Source of the DNA: Octopus vulgaris
Lineage: Eukaryota
Reading direction: 5' to 3'
Assembly: GCA_951406725.2 (NCBI GenBank)
Contig: OX597832.1
Span: 39,742,001 to 39,806,000, forward strand
Length of the DNA stretch: 64,000 bases
A program made the position numbers and the translations under genes. Below, piece after piece: positions 37,200 through 50,429 of this stretch. The notes beneath the pieces were generated by a model that did no database searches, had not been told where the DNA came from, and worked only from the letters and a program-made list of their open reading frames with translations. How positions within the stretch are numbered: position 1 is the stretch's first letter; each line of letters begins with the position of its first letter.

Positions 37200-38606
37200 T
37201 CACTTGTCCCGTTATTCAATTTACATACTTTCTCCCATCCTATATAATATTTCAACTTGCACCCTTCCCCGAAATTGCTGGCCTTGTGCCAAAATTCGAA
37301 ATACCCATTCAGTCTGTCTCTCTCCATCGACATCTCTCCTCTTACCTCATCCTTTGCATCTTTACACTCGTCTTCCTCACTCTCACTAACCGTTCTTCCT
37401 CTCTGAGCTTCAATCCCATCCATACTTTAAACACCGCACCTTATTGACACAGCTGATGAGAGACTGTTCTGTTAAATGGAGAACCGACCATAAAATGAGG
37501 GTCTGCTTTGTGCTTCTTATATTTACGTAGAATTCACACCCCAACTTTGTGGCCACTTGATCCCCCTTCAGAAGAGATTTCGAAGTACAGTCTCACATGT
37601 ATAGGGACGTGTGTTTTGGTTTTTCCCCTCCTCCATTTCATTTTAATGTATATCGTACTTATTGTATATATTTCTATTTATTATGCGCAATATATATATG
37701 GATGTGAGTGTATACGTGCACAGACAAGGGCTGCGCTGGGCTGAAAGTAATAAAAAAAGTGGCCATAACTTTTTTTTTAACTGGCTTAGGTCGAACTGCA
37801 CGTGTTGGTAGAGTAACCCTTGCTCCAAGGTCCTACGAAACGGTCTCTATTTCAAGTGATACATTTGTGCCATCATTTAATTCATTGGATCTCAACCATT
37901 TCTTTTTTTAAGCCTGTGGACCCCTTTGACTTCCATTTTACTCGCCTGGATCTCTATAGCCATTCATTGTATATAAAGAGATCCTACTGTATTTTTATGA
38001 TTAAATATTATTAGAAATTGTAAAAATAAAAAAAAAATTAATATTTTATGTATTGTAGAAGTATTTGGCCAATTTATTGCACATTAATTTTAACAAAATC
38101 TCATCTGAACCCTGGTTCAGAACAACTGATTTAACTCAAATCTCAAAAACCCTTTGAAAAATATCTGAGCTGCACTGTTGTACCTACTTCATGGTCTCTT
38201 CATCTTGGGTGTCTTATCAAACTGCTGTCCCTGAAGACTCTCCTTCGTTGGACCAAACGGGTGGACATTCGTGCCACTCAAGGCTGTATTGGTGGATTGG
38301 GAATTGCAGATTACCTGATTTGCTATGAAAGATGTGTGGCTGTGCATCGCCCTGATGAATCCAGATTATCTTCAGATTCTTGTATCAACAATTCCTCTTT
38401 TAAGGCTTTTCTAAGCTCTTGGAGTGACCCATGTTGGCATGGGGTGGATAGGACTTTTTGAGGCAACATTATGTGGCTGGATCAGATACCTCTCTTGATG
38501 CCAACCCTATTAAATCTTTGTCATTTCAAAATCCTTTTCTAGTAAAGAATGTATTAAGCAACAGTATTCAAACTCCTTCTGTTCATTATCATCTTCCAGG
38601 CTATAA

Positions 38607-39160
38607 CATCATCATCATCGTTTAACGTCCATTTTCCGTGCTAGCACGGGTTGGACGGTTCGACCGGGGTCTGGGATGCCAGGAGGCTGCTCCAGTCTGA
38701 TCTGGCAGTGCTTCTACAGCTGGATGCCCTTCCTAACGCCAACCACTCCATGAGTGTTGTGGGTGCTTTTTACGTGCCACCGGCACAGGTGCCAGGGGAG
38801 GCTGGCAACAGCCACGATCAGTTGGTGCTTTTTACGTGCTACCGGCACAGAAGACAGTCAAGGCGGCGCTGGCATCGACCACGTACGAATGGTGCATTTT
38901 ACGTGCCACCGGCACAGGTATCACAACTACAATTTCCATTTAATTTTTTTGACGTTGATGTACTTGACTCAATAGGCCTCCTCAAGCACAGCAGGCCGTC
39001 CTGCGATCCAAAGCACTTTGGAAGGGCTGGGGCTGCTATGTGAAGCTGGTGCAGGAAACAGCCATGAACTCACATTATTTGTCAGGTCTTTGCAGTCACA
39101 GCATATCTCCAGAGTCTCGGTCTTTCATCATTGCCCCTGTGAGACCCAACGTTCGAAGGT
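38607..39160 (-). mobile_element. Long family C copy with 5' extension
   Basis: (CAT)n tail and internal GGTGCTTTTTACGTG repeats. Extension partly shared with the copy at 57590-57982. Confidence 0.8.
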
Positions 39161-39739
39161 TGGGTCTCACAGAGGCAATGACAAAAGACTGAGACTTCTG
39201 GAGAGATTAGTTTTAAAACCACTTGCTCATTTGAATCCATATATGCTGATGGCAGTTCTTAAAATTGAACCTGCAGCAGATTTTTGAAAATCCAGATATA
39301 GAAGTGAAACCTGGAATTGAGTGAAATTTACACAGATTACAGATTTAATGGCAGTGAACTGGCAGAATTGTTAGCACACTGGGTGAAATGCTTAGCAGTA
39401 TTTCACTCATTTTTACATTCTGAGTTCAAATTCTGCCATGGTTGACTTTGCTTTTCATCTTTTCAGAGTCGATAAATAGGTACCAGTTGAATACTGGGAT
39501 CAATATAATCGACTGAACTACCCCTGGGAGTAAGTATATAAACTGTTTCTCCCTGCCAAGCCAGTATGGCAGAGTAGGCTCATCAAACCAGTATGATCTC
39601 AAGCCATTCCCTGGTGGAGAGAACGTGCTGAGAAGGCCTCCATCCTGTGGTGGACTGAGCATGGGCAATCCAACCAAGTCCAACAGTTTTAATAAGTAGA
39701 AAAGAAAAGTGAACCACTCTGCTTCCATCAGAGGGCATT

Positions 39740-39980
39740 GTTCACATGGGAAATGCTTGGTATTTACAAACACGCTGTCTATTCCATTTTCTGGTGAGAA
39801 TAAAGTTTGCCTGACACGTGTGCTCACCTGACTGGTAGGTGACCAGGTGGTGCTGGCTGCTTTCCTCAAATTCATACTGCAATGTTGAGGTCATTTGAAT
39901 CACATCCCAGCATTCTTCCTCATTCTTTGTATCACACCCATACCCTTCATGCACACCATAGAAGTCATTGTGGTGTTGCC
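39740..39980 (-). mobile_element. RTE-like LINE APE endonuclease fragment
   Basis: HEGYGCDTKNEE and HLVTYQSGEHTCQANFILTR resemble the HGG.G.G.RN.EG and HLITY.SG...QIDYIL motifs. Confidence 0.7.
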
Positions 39981-39985
39981 TAACA

Positions 39986-40536
39986 CAAGGGTCTGCTGAA
40001 AAGTTCCTGGCTTTAAGGGTGTCATGAAAGGCCTTGTTGGAGGCCCACCCTTGTGAGTTCTTTTACAGAAATTAGAAAAACTGAAGGACCGCTGCAATAG
40101 GCACAGGAGTGGCTGTGTGGTAAGTAGCTTGCTTACCAACCACATGGTTCCGGGTTCAGTCCCACTGCGTGGCACCTTGGGCAAGTGTCTTCTACTATAG
40201 CTTTGGGCCGACCAATGCCTTGTGAGTGGATTTGGTAGACGGAAGCTGAAAGAAGCTCGTCGTATATATGTATATATACATGTGTATGTATATGTGTGTG
40301 TATGTTTGTGTGTCTGTGTTTGTCCGACCAACACCGCTTGACAACCAATGCCGGAATAAGTACTGGGCTTACAAAGAATAAGTCCCGGAGTCGAGTTGCT
40401 TGACTAAAGGTGGTGCTCCAGCATGGCCGCAGTCAAATGACTGAAACAAGTAAAAGAGTAAAGAGTAACGAAGCTATAATTAACTGATCCTCCTGTATTT
40501 TCTTTTACCCAAAGCCAGGAACTTTTCAGCATCCTT
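39986..40536. mobile_element. Mariner-like MITE interrupted by a family B SINE
   Basis: TIRs AAGGGTCTGCTGAAAAGTTCCTGGCTTT and AAAGCCAGGAACTTTTCAGCATCCTT. Confidence 0.75.
40100..40467 (+). mobile_element. SINE family B copy
   Basis: Head to tail, with an internal deletion relative to the copy at 14619. Confidence 0.88.
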
Positions 40537-40555
40537 TCACGTATCCATTAATACC

Positions 40556-40790
40556 TATTTCTTTACTACCCACAAGGGGCTAAAACACAGAGGGGACAAA
40601 CAAGGACAGACACACGGATTAAGTCGATTACATCGACCCCAGTGCGAAACTGGTACTTAATTTATCGACCCCGAAAGGATGAAAGGCAAAGTCGACCTCG
40701 GCGGAATTTGAACTCAGAACGTAAAGACAGACAAAATACCGCTAAGCATTTCGCCCGGCGTGCTAACATCTCTGCCAGCTCACCGCCTTT
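40556..40790 (-). mobile_element. SINE family A, full-length copy
   Basis: Reverse complement of the 5311-5542 type. Confidence 0.88.
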
Positions 40791-40868
40791 TAATACCATT
40801 TAATATCCATTAATACCATCAGCCAAGGTATCGGGGCCACTGTCATTTTTCTTTTATTGAGATGCATA

Positions 40869-41284
40869 TACTCTTTTACTTCTTTCAGTCATTTGAGTGC
40901 GGCCATGCTGGAGCACCGCCTTTAGTCGAGCAAATCGACCCCGGGACTTATTCTTTGTAAGCCCAGTACTTATTCTATCGGTCTCTTTTGCCGAACCGCT
41001 AAGTGACGGGGACGTAAACACACCAGCATCGGTTGTCAAGCAATGCTAGGGAGACAAACACAAACACACAAACATATACACATACGCATAAACATATATA
41101 TATATATATATATACATATATACAACAGGCTTCTTTCAGTTTTCGTCTACCAAATCCACTCACAAGGCATGGTCGGCCCGGGGCTATAGCAGAAGACACT
41201 TGCCCAAGATGCCACGCAGTGGGACTGAACCCAGAACCGTGTGGTTGGTTAGCAAGCTACTTACCACACAGCCACTCCTGCGCC
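40869..41284 (-). mobile_element. SINE family B, full-length copy
   Basis: Reverse complement of family B. Confidence 0.88.
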
Positions 41285-41629
41285 TACAGAGTGTGCTGGG
41301 TGCTTTTTTACATATGCAGAGATAACTGTCACTGTTTTTCTTCCCCCCCGTGGACTAACCTAAACATAATTATTTCATCACTTACTCAAACTACTCCAGT
41401 TACTTTGTTTATTTGTTTTTCTGCTAAAAGTCTGCCAATATTTATCTTCTGCATGTTTCAGTCGTAACGCCTGGTTCTTATTCTATCAGTCCTTTTGCTA
41501 AACCACTGAGTTATGGGGGCATAAATGCACCACCAGTTGTCAATTGATGGTGGGGGGACAAACACAAATATATGTATATATATATATATATATACAAACA
41601 CATATATATGTATATATATATATATATAT

Positions 41630-41913
41630 CGTGGCCGAAGCCAGTGTTGCCTCGACTGGCTTCCGTGCCGGTGGCACGTAAAATGCACCAATCCGACCGT
41701 GGCCGTTGCCAGCCTCGCCTGGCACCTGTGCAGGTGGCACGTAAAAAGCACCCACTACACTCACGGAGTGGTTGGCGTTAGGAAGGGCATCCAGCTGTAG
41801 AAACATTGCCAGATAAGACTGGAGCCTGGTGCAGCCTCCTGGCTTCCCAAATCCCCGGTCGAACCGTCCAACCCATGCTAGCATGGAGAACAGACGTTAA
41901 ACGATGATGATGA

Positions 41914-41915
<2 letters not shown>
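41630..41915 (+). mobile_element. SINE family C copy embedded in (TA)n
   Basis: Near-identical to the reverse complement of the copy at 13942. Confidence 0.88.
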
Positions 41916-41963
<48 letters not shown>

Positions 41964-43767
41964 TTGGTGTACTTGAGATGTGTCAAGCTTAGTAAGATAG
42001 CTGTCATCCATACATCCAGGCTTGTCCTTTACAGATAGCAGTGCTGTATAAATCCACCCATGAAAGCACCCAGCACACTCTGTAAAGTGGTTGGCATTAG
42101 GAAGGGCATCCAGCCATAGAAATCATCCCACAACAGACAATTGGAGCCTGGACAGCTCACTGGTCGACCAGTTCCTGCCAAACTGTCCAACCCATACCAG
42201 CATAAAAAAGGACATTAAACGATGATGATGATGATATATTCAATAGGTTTCTTTCAGTTTCCATCTACCTAATCCACTCACAAGTCTTTGGGCAGCCCAG
42301 GGCTACAGTAGAAGACACTTGCCCAAGGTGCCATGCAGTAGGACTGAACCCAGAACCATGTAGTTGGGATGCAAACTTCTTACCACACAGTCACACCTGC
42401 CCTTATTTATACACAGGTGTGGGTTAGAGTGCCATGGGCAGCCTGACATTTTCCATCCAAGCATATTTTATTAGCCAATATTTTCACCATTAAAGATGAT
42501 TTATTTCACTATTGAAGCTTCTAAATTCTTATAACGTAAAAAACAAAATAAAAATATTGAAATAAGGAAAGCAACTCAAAAAAGCCAGTGTCATTAATTG
42601 AAAATAAAAACAAATATGTGTGTATGTACCAATTTGATTTTCACAAAACCTCTGTAATGAATAGAAATATTCCTCTTTATTTAAGAAAGAAAACAAAAAC
42701 CTAGTGGCAAAAGGGGAGGTAATTTCAATAAATTAGAATTTAATTAGAAAATAAAAATTAATTCTCATGCTTAAAGCCAAATTTGATTTATGTTTACTCC
42801 ATACATCATTCAAGACCATCAGGCATTTCAAGGTAGGTTTATGAAAGCAAGAACATTCCAGACAATTGCTAACTCACTATCTATTTCAGTTGGATGGTAT
42901 GCTTGGGGGGGGGGGGGGCAGGTGGTAATGTAATGGTGGTGTCGATGGAGCAGAAGAGAAAGCAAGAGCCAGGTAGAAAGAGAGCTGTGTGTGTCTGTGA
43001 GAGAGAATCCAAATACAGACACACGTACACCACACACACACACACACACATGTATGAGGTGCATATATGTGTGTGTGTGTGTGCAGGTGAGTGTAATGAG
43101 AGAGATTTTGGAATGTAAGCTCGAAACCTTTGCCCACACATACACAAATACACACACACATATACGGAAAAAGTTCCAATGGAAAAGTATGTTTATAAAC
43201 ATTTGGACAGAAATCAACCAAAAAAATCAATTTTAATATTATTTCTTTGAAATTATCTGAGCATGCAGGAAAGACTATTTTCGTTTGAATAGTTCAGACA
43301 TTTTGTGTTATTCAACGAAATATGAAGGTATTCTGCTGACTGCAAACATCAGTTCATAGGAAAGGTAATATTGTTAGATACGGTTGAATTTTATTTATTT
43401 ATTTTTGCTGGAATACTCGACTAATTTTGCTTAACACTAGAAATTGGTTTATTATACAGTTAGAACAACATAAAATGCTTATGTGGGATATGAGAGTAAA
43501 TATACAAGATTAACACTGGTTAGTGGTTTTTGTAATGTACTCGGATAAGTAAATAGTATTAACAGCAGATAATGGTTTACTGAACTATTTCAGTAGTTAT
43601 TATATATTTGACATCAGATAAGGATTTAATCAAATATTGTGGTAATTGTTTAGTGTTAGTACTAAATATTGGTTTAGTATAATTGTAGGCTAACATTATG
43701 TTTTCAGTATCAGTCGCTGGCTTAACCTATTAGCATTTGAACTGGCCATATCCGGCCCAAATATTCT

Positions 43768-44100
43768 TATTTCTTTACTGCCCAGAGGGGGCAAACAAGG
43801 ACAGACAAATAGATTAAGTCGATTACATCGACCCCAGTGTGTAGCTGGTACTTATTAAATCGACCCCGAAAGGATGAAAGGCAAAGTCAACCTCGGTGGA
43901 ATTTGAACTCAGAACGCAATGGCAAATGAAATACCTGTTTCTTTACTACCCGCAAGGGGCGAAACACAGAGAGGACAAACAAGGACAGACAAATGGATTA
44001 AGTCGATTATATCAATCCCAGTGCCTAATTGCTACTTATTTAATTGATCCCGAAAGGATGAAAGGCAAAGTCGACCTCAGCGGAATTTGAACTCATAACG
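43768..44100 (-). mobile_element. Tandem dimer of family A SINE
   Basis: Two head-to-tail copies of the core plus tail. Confidence 0.8.
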
Positions 44101-44362
44101 TAGGCTTACAAAGAATAAACCCTGGGGTCGATTTGCTCGACTAAAGGCGGTGCTCCAGCATGGCTGCAGTCAAATGACTGAAACAAGTAAAAGAGTAAAG
44201 AGTAATTCCTAATAATATTTAATTATAAGATAGTAATAGAATTTTTTTTAAACATGAAATGGCTATAGGGATCCACCCAAGTAAATAGGAATCAAAGGGC
44301 TCCAGTAGGTAAAAGAAATGGTTGAAAACCACTGCTCTAGGCAATGGATGAGAGTGGTTTAA

Positions 44363-44820
44363 CCCTTTCATTACTGTACTTATTTTGAGATGCTCTATGT
44401 TTCTTTCAATTATTTTGAATCATTCATCATCATTGTTTAATGTCCACTTTCCATGCTAGCATGGGTTGGACAATTTGACTGAGGACTGGCGAACCAGATG
44501 GCTGTACCAGGATCCAATCTTGATCTGGCAGAGTTTCTACAGCTGGATGCCCTTCCTAACGCCAACCACTCCGTGAGTGTAGTGGGTGCTTTTACGTGCC
44601 ACTGGCACGAGAGCCAGTCTGGTGGTACTGGCAACGACCTAGCTCGAATGTTTGAATATAACTTAGAATTTAGTAAAATAACTTAGTTATCATTAAGTTA
44701 GTGTTAGGAACATAAATTGTGACTAAGGTTTGATGAAAGATTTTAATTCAGATTTTTTGAAAACAAGACATTTGTACTACAGGACCTGAACCAGTTTCAG
44801 CCGGGTTGGTAACAACAGGG
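44363..44820. mobile_element. piggyBac-like MITE family 2 with a family C SINE inserted (~44424-44650)
   Basis: TTAA|CCCTTTCATTAC...GTAACAACAGGG|TTAA. Confidence 0.8.
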
Positions 44821-44879
44821 TTAAGATTTAATTACAATGATCTGACAGCTATTACTGTCAGCCGAACTGAGATTTGAGA

Positions 44880-45110
44880 CCCGGCCTGATTAGTCAGGCA
44901 TCTGGTTGAACTGATTATTGAACTGTGATATACGATTGATCAGTTTGATCTAGCAGCTGGTTGAACTCACTGGTGGATTATTGATCAGTTTCATCTGATT
45001 GGTGAACTGAGACTGATCTGACAGCTGGTTGAACTGACTATTATATGAGATTGTTCTTACAGTTGGGTGAACTGATTGATCCGACAGATGACTGAATTGT
45101 TTGCAATGAT
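44880..45110. repeat. Degenerate minisatellite (TGAACTGA / TGATCTGACAG units)
   Basis: Recurring GTTGAACTGA and TGATCTGACAGCT motifs. Confidence 0.55.
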
Positions 45111-45331
45111 GAGTAAAATGGTTTTTTACTGGAAATCCAGTGAAAACCCAATGAGGTTTGAACCTGTCTCTCATTAACAGGTAAGTAAGTCAATACCCTA
45201 CCCATATTCTCATGAGCAAACTATTAAATATTGAACCACCTCACAGTGAACAGGTTTTATAACTGGAAAACCTTACCTACCTACATAATAAGTCACAGGT
45301 TCCCCGGCACCACTAAAAAACAGGTCTTCAA

Positions 45332-45551
45332 CCCTTTCGTTACTGTATTTATTTTGAGATGCTCTGTGTTTCTTTCAATTACTTCAAATATAACAAAGAA
45401 TTTAGTAAAATAACTTAGTTATCATTCAGCTAGTGTTAGGAGCATAAATTGTGACTAAGATTTGGTGGAAGATTTTAATTCAAAACTTATGAAAACAAGA
45501 CATTTGTACTCAGAGCCAGAGCCGGTTTCAGCTGGGTTGGTAATGAAAGGG
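45332..45551. mobile_element. piggyBac-like MITE family 2, intact copy
   Basis: TCAA|CCCTTTCGTTAC...GTAATGAAAGGG|TTAA. Confidence 0.82.
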
Positions 45552-46149
45552 TTAAGTATTATTACCACAACTATAAAGGTGGCAAGCTGGCAGAAACGTT
45601 AGCACGCCAGGCAAAATGCTTGGCACATTTCACCCTTCTTTGTGTTCTGTGTTGAAATTCCACTGGGGCCAGCTTTGCCTCTCATCCTTTCAGGGTTGAT
45701 AAAATAAGTACCTGTTGAGCAATGAGGTCAGTGTAATTGACTTGGGCTCTCCCAGAAACTTGCTGGCCTTGCGCTAAAATTTGAAAACATTATTACCACC
45801 ACTACCACCACCACTAGTTCTACTACTACTCAGTTTTATAACCTGTTATTTATGAGTTGAAAAGACAGAAAAAGGAGGGCAAGCCATTAAATATTTGCAG
45901 AAGAAAAGAATTATTATTCTCAACATTAGACAAACAAATGGAACAAAAGACCAAAGAGATTAAAAAATATTTGAAAAGGAAAAAAGAAAAAAAAATACTG
46001 CCTTTGAAAAGATTTTGGTACTTCACGTGTGTGTGAATGGTTTGACATGAAAACCTGATAATAAGGGTGTATTACAATTATGCCGTGTCAGAAAGATCGT
46101 TAAATAACGAGCCGTTAGGGGAGTCGGACTTCCTTCCACACTTCGTTAT

Positions 46150-46456
46150 TTATTGCTTTATCTACCTACCTACCTACCTATCTACCTACACCTGTCTCTA
46201 TCAACCGCTCTGTTTATCGATCTATCTATCTATCTCTCACTCTCTCTATCTATCTTTCTCTTCCTCCCTCCCTCCCTCACCCCTATTTATCTGTATCTGA
46301 CTATCCATCCATCCATCTATGAAAATGCACATCTATATGCCTGTCAGTCTATCTATCTACCTATCTGTCTGCCTACCTATCTATCTATCTGTCTGTCTGT
46401 CTATCTATCTGTCTGTCTATCTATCTATCTGTCTATCTGTCTGTCTATCTATCTAT
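46150..46456. repeat. (CTAT)/(CTGT)n microsatellite
   Basis: Direct reading. Confidence 0.9.
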
Positions 46457-46810
46457 TTCCGTATTTGTGTGTGTACTCAGAGTACTGACGAATTTGAATC
46501 AAACTGTTTTGATCTATATGTGTAACTCCCAGTAAATGTGTTGAGTGCCCTTCTTTCATTTGTTTCCATGTATATATATATAAAAACACCATCCGATCGT
46601 GGCCGTTTGCCAGCCCCGTCTGGCACCTGTGCCGGTGGCACGTAAATAGCACCCACTACACTCACGGAGTGGTTGGCGTTAGGAAGGGCATCCAGCCATA
46701 GAAATACTGCCAGATCAGACTGGGCCTGGTGCAGCCTTCTGGCTTCCCAGACCCCAGTTGAACCGTCCAACCAATGCCAGCATGGAAAGTGGACGCTAAA
46801 CGATGATGAT

Positions 46811-48215
46811 TACTATAATGGGTGTTATGTCCGTCTGTCTGTTCCCTTTTCACGGTCAACCAGCTGGACCAATGGTCACGATGTTTGGAGGAATTACGAA
46901 AGAGGTAATCAGGAAGGCTTTTAGTGAAAAAAATGTGAAAAAAATATGATTATTTAGTGGATATTGAGTTTTGTATTAATAAATCACTTTTGATTTTTTT
47001 TCTGTTAAAATTCCAACGACCAATATTAACACTGGATTCCCCCACCCCATATAGATCGTGAATTTAGAGGGTTTAGGTTTGCGATACTATCCCTTTATTT
47101 TCTATCGTAGATGGGCAAATTTGCTATCTTCCGTTACGTTCTGAGTTCAAATTCCGCCGAGGTCGACTTTGCCTGTCGTCCTTTCGGGTTCGATAAATTA
47201 AGTACTTAAGTACCAGTTACGCACTGGGGTTGATATAATCGACTTAATCCGTTTGTCTGTCCTTGTTTGTCCCTTCTGTGTTTAGCCCTTGTGGGTAGTA
47301 AAGAAATAGGTATTTCCACCGAGGTCGACTTTGCCTTTCATCCTTTCGGGGTCGATAAATTAAGTACCAGTTACGCACTGGGGTTGATATAATCGACTTA
47401 ATCCGTGTGTCTGTCCTTGTTTGTCCCCTCTGTGTTTAGCCCCTTGTGGGCAATAAAGAAATATATCTTACTATAATGGGCGTTACATCTGCCAGTTTGT
47501 CATTTTTTTCTGTTCCCCCTTCACAGCCAGATAGCTGGATCAATGGTTACAATATTTTTCCAGATTACAAAGACGGTTGTCAGGAAGGTTTTTAGCATTA
47601 AAAAAAATCAGAAAGTATGATTGTTTTGTGGATATTAATTTTTGAATCAATAAACCACCTTTGCATTTTTATTAAACGTTCACCGACCTCAAGTAACTAT
47701 GGATTTTCATTGGATAGTTCATGGCACAATCATAGATACGAAAGGGTTGTGAGGATGGTTAATAGCAAAAACAAAATGGAAAAAGTGTGTGTCGGTATAT
47801 AGTGTGTGTGATTCTTTAGTGGTTATTTAAGTGTGTCAGTCTCAAGTAGAATTCAAAACAGCCTAATTAAAGCAACTGTTGTTTACGTCTCAGTTTTGTC
47901 AATCAAAATAACCCATGGTACCAGAACATCCAGACATTATTCACCTAGAACACTGAGAGCTAAGTTTTAGTTCGATTTTTGTACAACCCTAAGGATTCTG
48001 CTCGTGCATTCACAGCAAACAAGGCTCAGGGCCAGACTTTAGGTCGTGTAGGTGTATTGTTACCCATTCCAATGTTTACACATGGCCAGTTATACGTCAC
48101 TACGAGTAGAGCAACAGACTCCTGTAATTTGAACATTAGTGTTGACCAACCAAACAGAGAATATAGTCCACAGAGAAGTTTTGTCATCATATTGATCTTA
48201 TCGAAAGAAATATGA
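46811..48215 (+). mobile_element. Decayed Helitron: duplicated 5'-like ends plus Pif1 helicase C-terminal fragment
   Basis: 47979-48215 encodes AFTANKAQGQTLGRVGVLLPIPMFTHGQLYVTTSRA (Helitron/Pif1 motifs V-VI). Two TACTATAATGGG..TTCAC.GC..GCTGGA.CAAT starts at ~46811 and ~47469. Confidence 0.75.
47130..47462 (+). mobile_element. Tandem dimer of family A SINE
   Basis: Junction GTAGTAAAGAAATAG|GTATTTCCACCGAGGTCGAC. Confidence 0.85.
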
Positions 48216-48318
48216 TTCATAATTTAAATAAGGAAATTTGTGAACAAGAGTATAAACAAGCATAAGATAGTGTAAACAACTAAGATAAAAGTATATCTGA
48301 ATAACATTTTCTCCTTAA

Positions 48319-48540
48319 CCCTTTTGTTACCAACCCGGCTGAAACCGGCTCTGGCTCTTTAATACAAATGTCTTGTTTTCATAAGTTTTGAATTAAAATC
48401 TTCCACCAAAACTTAAGTCACAATTTATGTTCCTAACACTAACTTAATGATAACTAAGTTATTTTACTAAATTCTTTGTTATATTTAAAGTAATTGAAAG
48501 AAACACAGAGCATCTCAAAATAAATACAGTAACGAAAGAG
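48319..48540. mobile_element. piggyBac-like MITE family 2, opposite orientation to 45332
   Basis: TTAA|CCCTTTTGTTAC...GTAACGAAAGAG|TTAA. Confidence 0.82.
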
Positions 48541-48911
48541 TTAATACTTTTTGGGTAATGCTCAAAGGAAGCTCTGGCTTTCGTTAGGAGTGGTCCTCAT
48601 AATTATTCATAATGCAGAGGCTGTTCAGTTTGGGAGTGAATCCTCATCACATGTCACTTAGTCACAAACACACGTCATAAAGCTGCAATAGGATGCTGGA
48701 TCACCAACAATAATGTGATTTCTTTAAGACATCACTTGGTAATCTATCAAAGTCCATTTATGCATTCCTCGATACATATATTGCTGTTATGACTTCCCTC
48801 CCTCATTTTATGCCTCCATCGTAGATGGGTGGATTTGCTAGGATATATAAATAATGTGACTGAAGTCAAACCTATGCAAGCATGAAAAATTGAACATAAA
48901 AACAATATATA

Positions 48912-49303
48912 TGTGGTCTGATCATTAAGTATCCAGACTGTTGCCATAGTAATGAAGCTGAAGCACTCAGAGTGAAGCCACTTGGCAAATATTGACCTTC
49001 AACTCTGCTGAGCATGTGCACTGAGTATTAATGTCTTAGCTCACTTTTGCTGTTTACAGCAGTGCTTGGAAGGAAGGTGTGTAGCGTGTGATTGTCGCAT
49101 TGACCATGACAGAGAAAACTGAGCAGAGAATCTGAATCAAATTTTGCCAAAAGCTTGGCGATACCTGCTCAGAGGCCTACGCAAAGTTTTGGTCAGCTGA
49201 GGGCAGTTTTGGCACAACCTTTGCAGACACGTGTCTCATACCCAAATCTTCAGTGATAATGGACTGAATGGAACCATAACTAATCTGTACACCCCTGATA
49301 ACT
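48912..49303. mobile_element. Rearranged mariner transposase remnant
   Basis: + strand MTEKTEQRI*IKFCQKLGDTCSEAY (N-terminal HTH) abuts - strand [27 protein letters not shown] (WVPR-equivalent linker). Confidence 0.8.
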
Positions 49304-49312
49304 ATGTATATA

Positions 49313-49367
<55 letters not shown>

Positions 49368-49871
49368 ATATATGTGTGTATGTATATATATGTGTGTGTG
49401 TATATATATGTGTGTGTGTATATATATGTATGTATATATATGTGTGTGTGTGTATATATATATATATGTGTGTATATATATGTGTGTGTGTATATATATG
49501 TATGCATATATGTGTATATATATATATATATGTATATATATATGTGTATGTGGCACGTAAAAAGCACCATCCGACCAGCTTCGTCTGGTCCCCGTGCCAG
49601 TGACATGTAAAAAGCACCATCCGATCGTGGCCATCTGCCATTCCCGTCTGGCACCTGTGCCGGTGGCACGTAAAAGGCACCCACTACACTCACGGAGTGG
49701 TTGGCGTTAGGAAGGGCATCCAGCCGTAGAAACATTGCCAGATAAGACTGGAGCCTGGTGCAGCCTTCTGGCTTCCCAGACCCCAGTTGAACCGTCCAAC
49801 CCATGCCAGCATGGAAAGCGGACGTTAAATGATGATGATGATGCATACATATATATATGGATATATATATG

Positions 49872-49910
<39 letters not shown>

Positions 49911-50180
49911 TTATATATATATATATATCTGACTGGACTGGTGCAGCTTTCGGGCTCCCCAGACCCCAGTTGAACCGTCCAACCCATGCTAGCATGGAAA
50001 GCGGACGTTAAATGATGATGATGATGATATATATATATATGTGTGTGTGTGTGTATTGGAAGGTTTGGAGATGATGTACAGGTATTATATATTAGAATAA
50101 ATGAGGTACTCAGAAGATCGGATGGTTTATATTTACAGATATTTATTTGTATATATATATATATATGTATACGCATTTAT
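49304..50180. repeat. (TA/TG)n field containing family C SINE copies (49550-49842, 49930-50027)
   Basis: Direct reading. Confidence 0.88.
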
Positions 50181-50393
50181 ATGTATGCACTTAGATACAC
50201 GCGTGCACACACACTCGTATATGAAAGAGTGGTGGTTGGGGGGGGGGGTGCTCGGCTCTGAATAAGCCAGGTTTACAATTCCAGTAAATTTCTTTTTATT
50301 TCTTAGTATGTCAGTAGATGTGTCAACAAAATATTTTCGTGTCATTACAATACTATTTGCAATGAGCTGTCAGCAGTTTGACCTACCTATCTG

Positions 50394-50429
<36 letters not shown>

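Noticed and set aside
36626-37447. 273-aa S/L-rich ORF
   Set aside because: CT-rich low-complexity tract with a SINE tail fragment; no coding signature.
37452-37600. Hammerhead ribozyme at CTGATGAG
   Set aside because: No GAAA correctly placed after a stem II, despite GAGACTGT/ACAGTCTC complementarity.
38200-38460. Possible extra exon in unique-looking sequence within gene 2 intron 1
   Set aside because: No convincing splice sites or homology; frames are short on both strands.
47979-48215. Cellular PIF1 helicase gene
   Set aside because: Isolated degenerate terminal motifs of Helitron type, with no other exons.
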